From Pseudomonadota bacterium (GTDB lineage: Bacteria; Desulfobacterota; Anaeroferrophillalia; Anaeroferrophillales; Tharpellaceae), in NCBI GenBank assembly GCA_030641485.1, contig DAOWHJ010000159.1, positions 1-49,413 of the forward strand: DNA of 49,413 nt, read 5' to 3'. Of the stretch, positions 9,179 to 19,272 are shown one piece after another. Positions within the stretch are counted from its first letter, which is position 1. Every line of letters begins with the position of its first letter. A program made the translations under genes and the position numbers. The notes below the pieces were generated by a model, which saw nothing but the letters and a program-made list of their open reading frames with translations, ran no database searches and had not been told where the DNA came from.

Positions 9179-10030
9179 ATGCCTCGCGTCAAAGATAACG
9201 CTTTCATTATCAATAAAACCGACTATGGTGAAAGTGATATCATCATCACCCTCTTCTCCTTAAACCGCGGCAAAATCAGCTGCATTGCCAAAGGCGCAAA
9301 ACGGAGTCGGCGGCGCTTTCCCGGGTCTTTGGAGCTCTTCTCTTTAGTCTCAATTAACGGTTTCATCAAGCACCCCTTGGCCCTGACTCGAATTGACGAA
9401 TGCCAACTTTTAAAACCTTACTTAGCGATTCAAGATGAACTCAAGAGCTACCTCAACGGTTGCTATTTTCTCGAAATCATTAACCGCTGCTCAGCCGAGC
9501 GCCAGACCAACAAAACTCTTTTCAACCTTCTCGACGACCTTTTCACATTCCTCAGCGAGGTCCCGCACAACCGAAACTTTAATTGCCGAATTCGCCTTTT
9601 TGAGCTACAAATAATCACGTTGCTTGGATTCAAACCAGAACTCTCACGCTGCCTTGACTGTGGGATAGAACTCCACAGCGAGCACACCAAAGGTCAATTT
9701 TTCCTTTTCTCACCCCAAGCTGGGGGCCTCGTTTGCAACCACTGCCGACCCCGCCACCCTGCAGCATTTAATGTAAGCCAGGGGACTATTAATCTGCTTA
9801 ATCAAGCCCACAAACTTGACAACGAGCTCAGAAACAAGCTCAACTTTACCCCGCAAGTTGAGACCGAAAGCGCCAGGCTCTGCCGTGCCCTGCTCCGCTG
9901 GCACAGCGGCTACAATTTCAAGAGCCTGAAAGTATTAGAACGTTACGTTGACAATGATAATTTTTTTGCGCTCAACCGACCCCCAACAATCCAGCCAATC
10001 ACTTTAAATAAATATGGAGTCCAACAATGA
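9179..10030 (+). CDS. recO: DNA repair protein RecO
   Basis: 283 aa. It has an N-terminal OB-fold region ([31 protein letters not shown]) and a Cys4 zinc motif (CLDCG...CNHC). It overlaps the glyQ start by 4 nt. Confidence 0.85.
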   Translation: MPRVKDNAFIINKTDYGESDIIITLFSLNRGKISCIAKGAKRSRRRFPGSLELFSLVSINGFIKHPLALTRIDECQLLKPYLAIQDELKSYLNGCYFLEIINRCSAERQTNKTLFNLLDDLFTFLSEVPHNRNFNCRIRLFELQIITLLGFKPELSRCLDCGIELHSEHTKGQFFLFSPQAGGLVCNHCRPRHPAAFNVSQGTINLLNQAHKLDNELRNKLNFTPQVETESARLCRALLRWHSGYNFKSLKVLERYVDNDNFFALNRPPTIQPITLNKYGVQQ

Positions 10031-10896
10031 ATTTTCAAGATGTCATCCTTAATTTGGAACGCTACTGGGCCGACCACGGCTGCATCATTCAACAACCCTA
10101 CGACCTCGAAGTTGGAGCCGGAACCTTTAATCCGGCAACATTCTTGCGTTCACTGGGGCCGGAACCCTACAATGTTGCCTATGTTGAACCATCAAGAAGA
10201 CCAAGTGATGGTCGCTACGGGGAAAACCCCAACCGCCTGCAACACTACTATCAGTATCAAGTTATTCTTAAACCTTCGCCCGTAGAAATTCAGGAACTCT
10301 ATCTCGACAGTTTGAAATCTCTGGGAATTGATCCTTTGGACCATGATATACGCTTTGTCGAAGATGACTGGGAGTCACCAACCTTAGGGGCCTGGGGCCT
10401 GGGCTGGGAAGTCTGGCTCGATGGCATGGAGATCACCCAGTTCACTTACTTTCAACAGGTTGGTGGATTTGACCTAAAACCAATTCCGGGAGAAATAACC
10501 TACGGAATTGAGCGCATCGCGATGTATCTACAGGGAGTTGACAATGTCTACGACCTAAAATGGAACGATAAACTTCTTTATGGAGATATCCACCACCAAA
10601 ATGAAGTCGAGTGGTCAAGGTACAACTTTGAAGAGGCCGATGTCGAAATGCTCTTAGAGCTCTTCAATATGTACGAAAAAGAAGGAATTCGCCTGGCCGA
10701 AAAAGATTTTGTCCTGCCACTCTATGACTGCTGCTTAAAATGTTCTCACGTCTTCAACCTGCTCGATGCTCGCGGAGCAATCTCAGTTACAGAACGCACC
10801 AACTACATCGGCAGAGTCAGAAATCTCGCCAAACTCTCGGCCACAAACCATCTCAAACAACGAGAAGAGATGGGCTTCCCACTACTAAAACGATGA
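10027..10896 (+). CDS. glyQ: Glycine--tRNA ligase alpha subunit
   Basis: 289 aa. [47 protein letters not shown] is nearly invariant GlyQ sequence. Confidence 0.97.
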   Translation: MNFQDVILNLERYWADHGCIIQQPYDLEVGAGTFNPATFLRSLGPEPYNVAYVEPSRRPSDGRYGENPNRLQHYYQYQVILKPSPVEIQELYLDSLKSLGIDPLDHDIRFVEDDWESPTLGAWGLGWEVWLDGMEITQFTYFQQVGGFDLKPIPGEITYGIERIAMYLQGVDNVYDLKWNDKLLYGDIHHQNEVEWSRYNFEEADVEMLLELFNMYEKEGIRLAEKDFVLPLYDCCLKCSHVFNLLDARGAISVTERTNYIGRVRNLAKLSATNHLKQREEMGFPLLKR

Positions 10897-10916
10897 TAAC
10901 TTAGTAGAAACTGTAA

Positions 10917-12218
10917 CTATTCTGTTTTCGGCATCAGAACAAAGAGTCGGCCGGGCTGTTTCATGACTCCAGCCATAAGTTCGGCAGCGCGGTCGTCACC
11001 GCAATAGAGATCAACGCGATGGGGACCCTTGATGGCACCGCCGGTATCTTGATTTAGAACCAGGCGCTGATATTTTTGCCAACCGGTTAGCGCTCCAGAC
11101 GATGAAAACAACGGGCTTTCCGTTGCAACCCAAGCCAAAGCCCCACCCGGAAACACTTTACGATCGGTTGCAATTGAACGTTTGGCAGTAATTGGTACTT
11201 GGTAGCAGCCGACCGCATCCGGGGTTTTAAGCTGGCGGAAAAAGACATAACTGAGGTTAACCTTAAAAATTTCCGCTATCCGCTCCGGGTGGGCTTTAAT
11301 CCAGGCCCTGATGGCTGGCATAGAAACCTCTTCGCGGCGCATTAACCCCTGACGTATCAACCACCCGCCAATGCTACGATAACGCTGACCATTGGCGGCG
11401 CTATAGCCAACCATCATCGACTTCCCACTCTCTAAGCGAACCAATCCAGAACCCTGAATATGCAGAAAAAACCGGTCAACGTCATCATCTACCCATATAA
11501 GTTCAAGGTTCTGACCTTTTAATTTTTCTTCATAATCAATCTCAGCCCGGGAATAGTAGGGCACAACTTTACCGCCCCTTGACAAGCGTCCACGCAATAC
11601 TGGAAAACTCAATTCGGCTAAACTTGGTCCCAAGGGCAATCGCTCCAACCACGGCCATAATCTGCGCACCTGCTCTTGAAGCTCAAACTTACGCAAATCA
11701 ACGGTAACCAGATCGTTGGGCTTTTTATAAAGGGGGTAGCGATACTTCTCGTCCGGCCTTAGGGACCCACGCAAGGTCGGTACATAGTAGCCGGTAAAAA
11801 GTACCGGCTGCTCTTTTTTAGACCACGGCAAACAGCTGGATGAGACTGACTCCAGCAACTGAAATCGTTCCTGCAAAAATCGTCTAAGTTCAGGCAAACC
11901 AGGATTCTGATCAAGAAAATTGAGCAACTCATTTTGTGCAGCAATCACCTTATCAACCCTGACAATCTCTACCCCATAATCAAATGTACGCTCAGCCGGT
12001 AGTTTTTCCAAATAGATGAGATTTCGCTCGAGGGCTAAGCGCAACGATTGCAAATTAAGATCATCTGACAACTCCGGCCAGGCATTTTGCGCTATTAACT
12101 GCAACCTTGGTTTAGAACAAATAAGGGTCGGACAGTGCAAATAAAAGAGGGCAATAGAGATAGACATTAGACCTAAAGAGAGGAGTAGCAGTAAAACAGG
12201 TCGGCGACGAAACCCCAT
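10917..12218 (-). CDS. mltA: Membrane-bound lytic murein transglycosylase A (MltA family)
   Basis: 433 aa with an N-terminal signal/anchor. It has MltA-specific-insert and 3D-domain-like segments (GYYVP, YRSIGGWLI, TGGAIKGPHRVDLYCG). Confidence 0.8.
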   Translation of the reverse strand: MGFRRRPVLLLLLSLGLMSISIALFYLHCPTLICSKPRLQLIAQNAWPELSDDLNLQSLRLALERNLIYLEKLPAERTFDYGVEIVRVDKVIAAQNELLNFLDQNPGLPELRRFLQERFQLLESVSSSCLPWSKKEQPVLFTGYYVPTLRGSLRPDEKYRYPLYKKPNDLVTVDLRKFELQEQVRRLWPWLERLPLGPSLAELSFPVLRGRLSRGGKVVPYYSRAEIDYEEKLKGQNLELIWVDDDVDRFFLHIQGSGLVRLESGKSMMVGYSAANGQRYRSIGGWLIRQGLMRREEVSMPAIRAWIKAHPERIAEIFKVNLSYVFFRQLKTPDAVGCYQVPITAKRSIATDRKVFPGGALAWVATESPLFSSSGALTGWQKYQRLVLNQDTGGAIKGPHRVDLYCGDDRAAELMAGVMKQPGRLFVLMPKTE

Positions 12219-12355
12219 ATAGCAAATCCATGAATTGTTATAAAAGTGAAATAAACAACATTTTTCTCTTGCATTTTACGGTCAACTCACCATAAAAAGC
12301 AAGTAAAATTGATAATCTACTATTTTACCCGTGTAAATATTCAGCTTGCTGTAGC

Positions 12356-12727
12356 TTGCAGTTAAGTCACATCGAAAATTGGCGAACTTTGCTGTCGCCC
12401 CCAGAGGAATTTGTGAGCGAAATCGAATTTGACAATTTAAGCGAAATTTTAGATGAGCACCAAGAGCGCCTCATGGAGCCGCCACTCTATAGGGTTCTAA
12501 TTCATAACGATCACTACACCTCAATGGAGTTTGTCGTCGAAATTTTGCAAGAGGTTTTTCATTATGAGGGGGCTCAAGCCGAGCAGATCATGATGATGGT
12601 TCACCGCCAGGGAGTTGGTTGTTGTGGTGAATATGAACGGCAAATTGCCGAAAGCAAAGTTGCAAATGTCAGCCAACGAGCCACAAAAGCTGGTTTCCCG
12701 TTGCGTTGTACAATGGAAAAACTATGA
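12356..12727 (+). CDS. clpS: ATP-dependent Clp protease adaptor ClpS
   Basis: It has the core PPLYRVLIHNDHYTSMEFVVEILQEVF...MMMVHRQGVGCCGEYERQIAESK. The track start is TTG at 12356. An alternative GTG at 12413, preceded by AGAGGA, would give a typical 104-aa ClpS. The stop overlaps the clpA start (ATGA). Confidence 0.9.
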   Translation: MQLSHIENWRTLLSPPEEFVSEIEFDNLSEILDEHQERLMEPPLYRVLIHNDHYTSMEFVVEILQEVFHYEGAQAEQIMMMVHRQGVGCCGEYERQIAESKVANVSQRATKAGFPLRCTMEKL

Positions 12728-15039
12728 TAAATCAAGATTTTGAACAGACCATTGTCGCCGCTTTCCGTGAAGCCAAAACCCGGGAGCATGAATATTTGAC
12801 AATCGAACACCTTCTCTACGCCATCCTCCAGAATGAAAGTGGCCGTGAAATCATTGAAGAGTGTGACGGCAACATCACCACCTTAATCGCCCGGCTCGAA
12901 AATTACTTCTCGGCCAAAATGCCGAAGCTCAAAAACGGCAACCACGACAACCCGACCGAGACCATCGCCTTTCAACGGCTGATCCAACGCACCTTGATTC
13001 AGGTGCAGATGTCAGAAAAACCGGAAGCAGAAATCGGTGACCTGATCGCCTCAATTTTTGCTGAAGATGAAAGTTATGCCTGTTTTTTTCTCCAGGAACA
13101 AGATATCAGCCGATTAGATATACTGCGTCTTATTTCGCGTGATGATGAGAGTGCAGCCAACCCCATCGACCCCAAGTTCCCGACTACCGATGAGCGCGCA
13201 ACAGGTCCTGCTTTTCAAGCACCAGACCCAAGCCCTGAAGAGATAGATAAAGACCAGAAGAATAAGCAGCCAGAACCAAGCAACCCCTTGAAAAACTTCA
13301 CCATTGATTTGAAGGCCAAAGCTCAGGCCGGTGCTATTGACCCGCTTATCGGCCGCCATAAGGAGATGCAAAGAACCCTACAGGTCCTTTGTCGTCGGCA
13401 GAAGAATAACCCCCTATTTATCGGTGAACCTGGAGTTGGTAAAACGGCGATGGCTGAAGGACTAGCTCTACACCTTATCCACGGAACCACCCCTGAGCCT
13501 CTGCTCGACTACGAGATCTATGCCCTCGATTTAGGTGCGGTTATCGCCGGGACTAAATATCGCGGCCAATTTGAGGAGCGCCTTAAAGGGGTAATAAAAG
13601 AGCTTGAAAAAAAGAGTAAAGTCATTCTTTTTATCGATGAGATCCACACCCTAGTCGGGGCTGGTGCAACCAGCGGTGGTTCTATGGATGCGGCCAACAT
13701 CTTAAAACCGATCTTGGCCGCCGGCCATATCCGCTGTATCGGCTCCACCACTGACGATGAATATAAGCAGAATTTCAACAAAGATCGAGCTCTGGCCCGA
13801 CGTTTCCAACCAATCCCTCTGACTGAACCCAGTGTTGCAGAAACCGTGGCTATCCTGAAAGGGGTGGTGTCAGGCTTTGAAGAACATCACCGGGTGCGCT
13901 ATAGTAGGGCGGCAATAAAAGCTGCGGCAGAACTCTCCGCTCGCTATATCAACGATCGTTGCCTGCCGGATAAGGCGATTGATGTTATCGATGAAGCGGC
14001 AGCAGCTGCACGTCTGGCCTGTGGCAACAATGAAATTCGCACAATCACGGTACCCGAGATCGAAAGAGTGGTTTCGCAGATTGCAAAAGTCCCGGTGACC
14101 AAGGTAACAAGTAACAATGCAAACCGTCTGGCCCGCCTTGATGACCATCTTAAAAACCAGATTTTTGGCCAAGACGAAGCAATTGCCGCCCTTTTTCGCG
14201 CCCTCAAAAGAGCCCACGCCGGCCTTAATCAACCAGACAGACCTTTAGGCTCTTTTCTCTTCACCGGCCCCACCGGGGTTGGAAAAACCGAAATCTGCCG
14301 CCAGGCTGCCGCACGCTTAGGTATAGAACTTATTCGTTTTGACATGAGTGAATACATGGAAAAACACGCGGTCGCCCGACTGATCGGGGCCCCACCCGGC
14401 TATGTTGGCTATGAACAAGGTGGACTTTTGACCGAACAGATCAGAAAAACCCCGCACGCTTTGGTTCTTTTAGATGAGATCGATAAAGCTCACCCTGATA
14501 TTTTTGGCATTCTGCTGCAAATCATGGATTATGCGACACTGACCGACAACAACGGCAAAAAAGCTGATTTTCGCCATACTATCTTGATTATGACCAGCAA
14601 TGCCGGGGCCCGCGAAATGGCCGCTAATTCTATAGGTTTCGGTGATTCCGGGAATGACAACCCCCAAAACAAGGGGAAAAAAGCACTCGAAAAACTCTTC
14701 ACGCCGGAATTTCGTAACCGCCTCGATGAAACCATATTCTTCCACCCCTTAAATGAGAAAATCATGCTCCAGGTGGTCGATAAATTTATCGCCAGGTTTG
14801 ACAACTTCCTCAAACCCCGAAAAGTTAAACTTTCGGTCAGCAATCCGGTACGTAAATGGCTGGCAAAAAACGGCTTTGATCCAAAATTCGGCGCCCGCCC
14901 CTTAGAACGCTTGATTCAGAACAAAATCAAGGACCCTCTGGCCGATGAGCTTCTTTTCGGAAACCTGAAACAGGGAGGAGAGGCAAACGTAGTCATGAAA
15001 GGAGACAACCCTGAGATTAAAACAGCAAAGAACCGATAG
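12724..15039 (+). CDS. clpA: ATP-dependent Clp protease ATP-binding subunit ClpA
   Basis: It has a Clp_N repeat and two AAA+ modules (GEPGVGKTA; GPTGVGKTE) with a ClpA-type D2 domain. The probable start is ATG 12724 ([10 protein letters not shown]), which overlaps the clpS stop. The track ORF begins at 12706. Confidence 0.93.
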   Translation: MINQDFEQTIVAAFREAKTREHEYLTIEHLLYAILQNESGREIIEECDGNITTLIARLENYFSAKMPKLKNGNHDNPTETIAFQRLIQRTLIQVQMSEKPEAEIGDLIASIFAEDESYACFFLQEQDISRLDILRLISRDDESAANPIDPKFPTTDERATGPAFQAPDPSPEEIDKDQKNKQPEPSNPLKNFTIDLKAKAQAGAIDPLIGRHKEMQRTLQVLCRRQKNNPLFIGEPGVGKTAMAEGLALHLIHGTTPEPLLDYEIYALDLGAVIAGTKYRGQFEERLKGVIKELEKKSKVILFIDEIHTLVGAGATSGGSMDAANILKPILAAGHIRCIGSTTDDEYKQNFNKDRALARRFQPIPLTEPSVAETVAILKGVVSGFEEHHRVRYSRAAIKAAAELSARYINDRCLPDKAIDVIDEAAAAARLACGNNEIRTITVPEIERVVSQIAKVPVTKVTSNNANRLARLDDHLKNQIFGQDEAIAALFRALKRAHAGLNQPDRPLGSFLFTGPTGVGKTEICRQAAARLGIELIRFDMSEYMEKHAVARLIGAPPGYVGYEQGGLLTEQIRKTPHALVLLDEIDKAHPDIFGILLQIMDYATLTDNNGKKADFRHTILIMTSNAGAREMAANSIGFGDSGNDNPQNKGKKALEKLFTPEFRNRLDETIFFHPLNEKIMLQVVDKFIARFDNFLKPRKVKLSVSNPVRKWLAKNGFDPKFGARPLERLIQNKIKDPLADELLFGNLKQGGEANVVMKGDNPEIKTAKNR

Positions 15040-15055
15040 GGAAACTTCTCTTCAT

Positions 15056-15093
15056 GACTGCCTTGAAATTTTATTTTTCAAGGCAGTCTTTTA
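15056..15093 (+). terminator. Rho-independent terminator of clpA
   Basis: GACTGCCTTGAA / TTCAAGGCAGTC forms a 12-bp stem, followed by TTTT, 17 nt after the clpA stop. Confidence 0.7.
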
Positions 15094-15161
15094 CTATGCT
15101 CTGAAAAAAATAGAAGCATGGGCAAATGACTCCGCAAAACTGAAACAACGGTAAGCACTCG

Positions 15162-16865
15162 TCATTGCACCGTCAGCCGATCAACAGTTAGACTGCCGTC
15201 TGCAATCGTCAGACTACCGATAACATTCGTCACTCCAACCTGAGCGTTGAAACTAGAATCAAAACCACCACCCAAAATGATACAAATGGGATTGTCAAAA
15301 AGTAGCATTTCAGAGTAATTGCCAATCTGCACCGACACCGAATCTCCATCAAAAGCACTGTCATAGGCACTTTGAATGACATCACAATAATCAGGTGTCG
15401 ACCAATCAATTCTAACAGTATCGGTCTCTGCAGGACCAAAATTACCAAAATCCTTATCGACCGCGTGTTCTCCAAAACCAAGTAGAACCGTATGGGTGCC
15501 CGCAACCTGAACAATGGGGGCCAGGTGAATGACAGTCATCGCCACATGCGTCATTCCGGAGTAATCGCCACCCCAGGTCATTGAGTGCTGCAAATTATTC
15601 CAGGTGTCATGGATATAGATGGTCTGAGTTGCATCGTCATAACCAACCCCGATCATCGTATGACCGGTAACATGAACTAAAACCGGATAGCCATTATCGA
15701 TTTCATCCTTAAAATCATTAAAAGAGAAACCACCAAGAGCAACAATATCAATTTTCTGGTTATAATTTTCCAGGACTGTATAGCCCCGTGACTCGGCGAA
15801 GAGGCGCAAACCATGACAAAGGGCAGTTTGCGGCAAACCATAACTTGACGAGGGGATATAATCATACAGCTTAGAAGCTCCCGAACTCCAATAGACCGTC
15901 GAACCATCAGTGTTATGATCCCTGACTGCATCACCAGTAAAATCCCATTTCCACTGGTTGGTACCCATGTAATCAGCCGTACAGCCACCCCAGGTATGTT
16001 CAACACCTGCACTCTCCCAAGGATCAGGACCGGAGGAGCCATAACTTATCCAGTAGTCATCAACATGTCCTGCTCCTGTACGGCCATCAAAACCGTCCAT
16101 AGTTGCAATTATCGAACAAGAACCACTAATCGGCGCACTCGGGTTCTGCCCTTGCCCAAGATCAGAGAGTGGGGCAACCCCACCATTAGTCGGCCCATTG
16201 TACATATTACTGTAACCGGTACGATCATAATAGCCAAAAAGCATCCCGGCAGCAGTCGCGGAACAACCATAGGTCCAACGTGAGGTCGGAACATTACTTA
16301 ATTTAACTGCTGAACGGGGGAATTGGAGCACCGCAGTCCGAGCAAACCCAGGCGGCGGGGTCGGCGGACTGTCGATCACCGTATATTCAATCTCTCTGCG
16401 CTCATCATCTGAAAGTTCGTCAGATATTGTCGACGGAGCCCTCATAAAACTGGAACTTGCAGGAATTTCAGGAAAAGTCTGGGTCCATCCCTCCTGCTGG
16501 ACCTCAGCAATTACATAGGTACCAGCATCTAAGTTGGTTAGCGTGTAACTACCAGACTGGTCCGTGCTTGAATAGGGCTCACCATCATCCCAATTGCCAT
16601 TAAGGTTGCTATCGACGTATATTTTCCAATTAGACAATCCGGGCTCTCCCGTATCCCACTCTCCATCACTATCATAGTCATTCCATTTTACTCCAGAAAT
16701 TTGCCCCGACACGACCGTCACCAAATTCGGTGCAACCTCATAATTGTAACTATTGGATTCAGCTAATGCCGGTGCAAATTGTATGAAAACTAAACTGCAA
16801 CAACTGAGAACAAAGATTGTGCCCCGTTGTAAACCCGCAAATAAACCTGGTACTAAATATCCCAT
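15162..16865 (-). CDS. Secreted protein: SdrD-B/Cna-B-like beta-sandwich domain plus papain-fold (C39-like) cysteine peptidase domain plus unknown C-terminal domain
   Basis: It has a signal peptide ending ALA-ES. The NWKIYVDSNLNGNWDDGEP...TDQSGSYTLTNLDAGTYVIAEVQQEGWTQT segment is an SdrD B-like repeat. A putative catalytic Cys lies in WTYGCSATAAGMLFGYY, a His in VTGHTMIGVGYDD, and an Asp/Asn in IHDTWN. The probable start is ATG 16865 (GAGGTG upstream). The track starts at GTG 16874. Confidence 0.6.
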   Translation of the reverse strand: MGYLVPGLFAGLQRGTIFVLSCCSLVFIQFAPALAESNSYNYEVAPNLVTVVSGQISGVKWNDYDSDGEWDTGEPGLSNWKIYVDSNLNGNWDDGEPYSSTDQSGSYTLTNLDAGTYVIAEVQQEGWTQTFPEIPASSSFMRAPSTISDELSDDERREIEYTVIDSPPTPPPGFARTAVLQFPRSAVKLSNVPTSRWTYGCSATAAGMLFGYYDRTGYSNMYNGPTNGGVAPLSDLGQGQNPSAPISGSCSIIATMDGFDGRTGAGHVDDYWISYGSSGPDPWESAGVEHTWGGCTADYMGTNQWKWDFTGDAVRDHNTDGSTVYWSSGASKLYDYIPSSSYGLPQTALCHGLRLFAESRGYTVLENYNQKIDIVALGGFSFNDFKDEIDNGYPVLVHVTGHTMIGVGYDDATQTIYIHDTWNNLQHSMTWGGDYSGMTHVAMTVIHLAPIVQVAGTHTVLLGFGEHAVDKDFGNFGPAETDTVRIDWSTPDYCDVIQSAYDSAFDGDSVSVQIGNYSEMLLFDNPICIILGGGFDSSFNAQVGVTNVIGSLTIADGSLTVDRLTVQ

Positions 16866-16956
16866 TTGACCCACCTCAACTACCTTTTAATACTTTACTC
16901 CTTTTCTAATATACAATGAACATACCAACCCCTTTCCCAATTTCAAATTTCCAGCC

Positions 16957-16991
16957 AAAAAAAAGGGGGAGCTGCTGCCCCCCTTTTTTTT
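16957..16991 (-). terminator. Rho-independent terminator (A-run / GC stem / T-run, bidirectional shape), ending the glnS transcript
   Basis: The sequence is AAAAAAAAGGGGGAGCTGCTGCCCCCCTTTTTTTT. It lies about 285 nt downstream of the glnS stop. Confidence 0.75.
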
Positions 16992-17277
16992 AATAACTAA
17001 TAAATTACAAGTAACTACTTAGCAAGTTTCTAAAAGCTTAAGCCATCCATTCATTGCACTCACTAAAAGACACAAAGTTCACTGAGACCAAAAGTGCTGA
17101 TTCTTGCAGTAAAAAAGATTCTGACTTTACGGTTACAATTTAAATCACTTTAATATTTCCCTTAAAATACTCCAGTTTCTCGACAAACTTGTTACTCAAA
17201 TACATTAATGGAATACTAAGCTCACCATGACCCAACTATTGCCACGCAAGTTTAATTGCAACCGGCCTGGCACAATT

Positions 17278-19029
17278 TCAACATTCAGGCCGTCTCTTAT
17301 CTCGACTCTTATTTTTATTCTGCTGTTTAGCAGATTTTTTTGCCCAGTTATCTCGTAAAGTAACCGTGCGGTTGAAAACTTGTTTGTCACTTGAATTCGC
17401 TTTACTATCAACCGTAAAATATCCCAGACGCTCAAACTGAACCGCTCGCCCCGCAGCTACGTCAGCCAACGCCGGTTCAAGCTTGCAATCATCAAGTACA
17501 GTTAGGGAATCAGGATTGATTTTTGCTGTAAATGACTCGCCATCTTTTTCCGCTGCGGGGTCCGGGTCTGAAAAGAGCCGATCATAAAGCCTGACTTCAG
17601 CAGAGATCGCCGTTTTTTCTGCAACCCAGTGCAACGTAGATTTAACCTTACGTCCATCGGGAGAGGTGCCACCTCTGGTGGCTGGATCATACGTACAATA
17701 AAGGGTCGTAACCTCGCCATTTTCATCCTTTTCTATGCGCTCACAGCGAATATAATAAGCATAGCGCAAACGCACCTCACGGCCAACGGTTAGGCGATAG
17801 AATTTTTTTGGCGCATCCTCCATGAAATCATCACGTTCAACGTAGATAACCCGGGAAAAAGGGACCTTGCGTTTACCCATACTCTCATCTTCAGGGTTAT
17901 TAATCGCATCAAGCTCTTCGATCTGTCCTTCAGGGTAATTCTCGATCACCACCTTCAACGGATTCAACACTGCCATATAGCGAGCTGCCCTTCGATTAAG
18001 ATCTTCGCGCACAGAGTGCTCCAGAAGGGCAACATCAACCATACTATTCCGCTTCGCCACCCCAATCCGTTCGCAGAAATTGCGGATCGACTCTGGCGAA
18101 AACCCACGCCTGCGCAAGCCCGAGAGAGTCGGCAGACGTGGATCATCCCACCCTGAAACCAGGTTCTCATCAACTAATTGTTTCAACTTACGTTTACTCA
18201 TGACAGTGTAGCTTAGATTAAGTCTAGAAAACTCAATCTGCTGGGGTTGTGAAGGGGTCAACAATTGTTCGATAAACCAGTCGTACAAAGGGCGATGATC
18301 CTGAAACTCAAGGGTGCAAACAGAGTGGGTAATCCCCTCTATGGCATCAGAGAGACCGTGGGCAAAATCGTACATCGGATAGATGCACCAGGTATCACCG
18401 GTGCGATGATGCACGACATTGGCAATCCGATAGATAACCGGGTCACGCATATTCATATTACCTGATGTCATATCTATTTTAGCCCGCAAAACTCTGGCCC
18501 CATCTGCAAAATCACCCGCCCGCATCCGCGCAAAAAGGTCAAGATTTTCGGTAACAGAACGTTCTCGGAATGGACTGTTGCGCCCAGGCTCCTGCAAATT
18601 GCCCCGATACTCCCGGGTCTCGGATGGGCTCAGGTCACAAACATAAGCCTGACCCTGCTCGATCAACTGCACGGCATAGTCATGAAGTTTGGCGAAATAG
18701 TCAGAAGCGAAAAACTCATTTTCACCCCAATCAAAACCGAGCCATCTCACATCCTCTCTGATCGAATTGACGTACTCAACCTCCTCTTTGCTCGGGTTGG
18801 TATCGTCAAACCGTAGGTTACAAACCCCGGCAAAAGTTTTTGCCAAACCAAAATTCAGACAAATTGACTTAGCATGACCTATATGCAGATAACCGTTGGG
18901 CTCCGGCGGAAAGCGAGTATGAACCCGCCCATCATTCTTTGCCGCTTTAAGATCATCAATAATCCGCTGCTGAATAAAATGTACCTTTGCTACACCCGCT
19001 GTTTTATCATCACTTTTTTGCTCTTTCAC
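17278..19029 (-). CDS. glnS: Glutamine--tRNA ligase
   Basis: 583 aa. It has class I motifs: HIGH ([14 protein letters not shown]) and a KMSKS variant (VMSKRKL). The [13 protein letters not shown] end is the GlnRS type, followed by an extra basic tail. GTG start with GAGGTG upstream. Confidence 0.97.
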   Translation of the reverse strand: MKEQKSDDKTAGVAKVHFIQQRIIDDLKAAKNDGRVHTRFPPEPNGYLHIGHAKSICLNFGLAKTFAGVCNLRFDDTNPSKEEVEYVNSIREDVRWLGFDWGENEFFASDYFAKLHDYAVQLIEQGQAYVCDLSPSETREYRGNLQEPGRNSPFRERSVTENLDLFARMRAGDFADGARVLRAKIDMTSGNMNMRDPVIYRIANVVHHRTGDTWCIYPMYDFAHGLSDAIEGITHSVCTLEFQDHRPLYDWFIEQLLTPSQPQQIEFSRLNLSYTVMSKRKLKQLVDENLVSGWDDPRLPTLSGLRRRGFSPESIRNFCERIGVAKRNSMVDVALLEHSVREDLNRRAARYMAVLNPLKVVIENYPEGQIEELDAINNPEDESMGKRKVPFSRVIYVERDDFMEDAPKKFYRLTVGREVRLRYAYYIRCERIEKDENGEVTTLYCTYDPATRGGTSPDGRKVKSTLHWVAEKTAISAEVRLYDRLFSDPDPAAEKDGESFTAKINPDSLTVLDDCKLEPALADVAAGRAVQFERLGYFTVDSKANSSDKQVFNRTVTLRDNWAKKSAKQQNKNKSRDKRRPEC

Positions 19030-19055
19030 TTACACCTCTTATCTTTTATTTATTA

Positions 19056-19145
19056 TTTTAATGGGGTCAGAGTAAAATAAACCGCCATTAATTGATGTTT
19101 AATTATTCAGGGTCATGGTTTACTTTTACTCTGACCCCATTAAAA
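19056..19145. repeat. Perfect 22-bp inverted repeat separated by 46 nt (long hairpin or MITE-like) in the glnS / M48-peptidase divergent spacer
   Basis: TTTTAATGGGGTCAGAGTAAAA (19056-19077) and TTTTACTCTGACCCCATTAAAA (19124-19145) are exact reverse complements. Pairing can extend inward (TAAACC..AT / ATGGTTTA). Confidence 0.85.
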
Positions 19146-19162
19146 TACAGTTTTGTTGTGAT

Positions 19163-19178
19163 TGGCGCTTAAGTTGCA
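19163..19178 (+). promoter_or_regulatory. Candidate sigma-54 (-24/-12) promoter facing the M48 peptidase gene
   Basis: TGGCGC-TTAAG-TTGCA, compared with the consensus TGGCAC-N5-TTGCA. The GG and GC are separated by exactly 10 nt. It sits inside a 27-nt block (19152-19178) that is identical to the reverse complement of 44142-44168. Confidence 0.45.
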
Positions 19179-19272
19179 GAGTCAATACGCGAACGTTGCT
19201 TACATTTAAATTTCATTGTAAGCAACATTATCGGATATAGTAAACTATGTCAAACAGCAATCACAAGTTCCA

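Noticed and set aside
10027-12727. 4-nt start/stop overlaps (recO/glyQ at 10027-10030; clpS/clpA at 12724-12727).
   Set aside because: This is ordinary translational coupling (ATGA overlaps) and is not unusual.
17268-17284. A TGGCAC hexamer near the glnS stop, considered as a sigma-54 promoter.
   Set aside because: There is no GC at the -12 position (TGGCAC-AATTT-CAAC), and it lies inside or at the end of a coding region.
19030-19272. T-box or other aminoacyl-tRNA-synthetase leader upstream of glnS.
   Set aside because: I could not find a T-box sequence (AANNNGGGTGGTACCGCG-like) or a specifier/antiterminator arrangement. The structure there is a simple long inverted repeat, which I reported separately.
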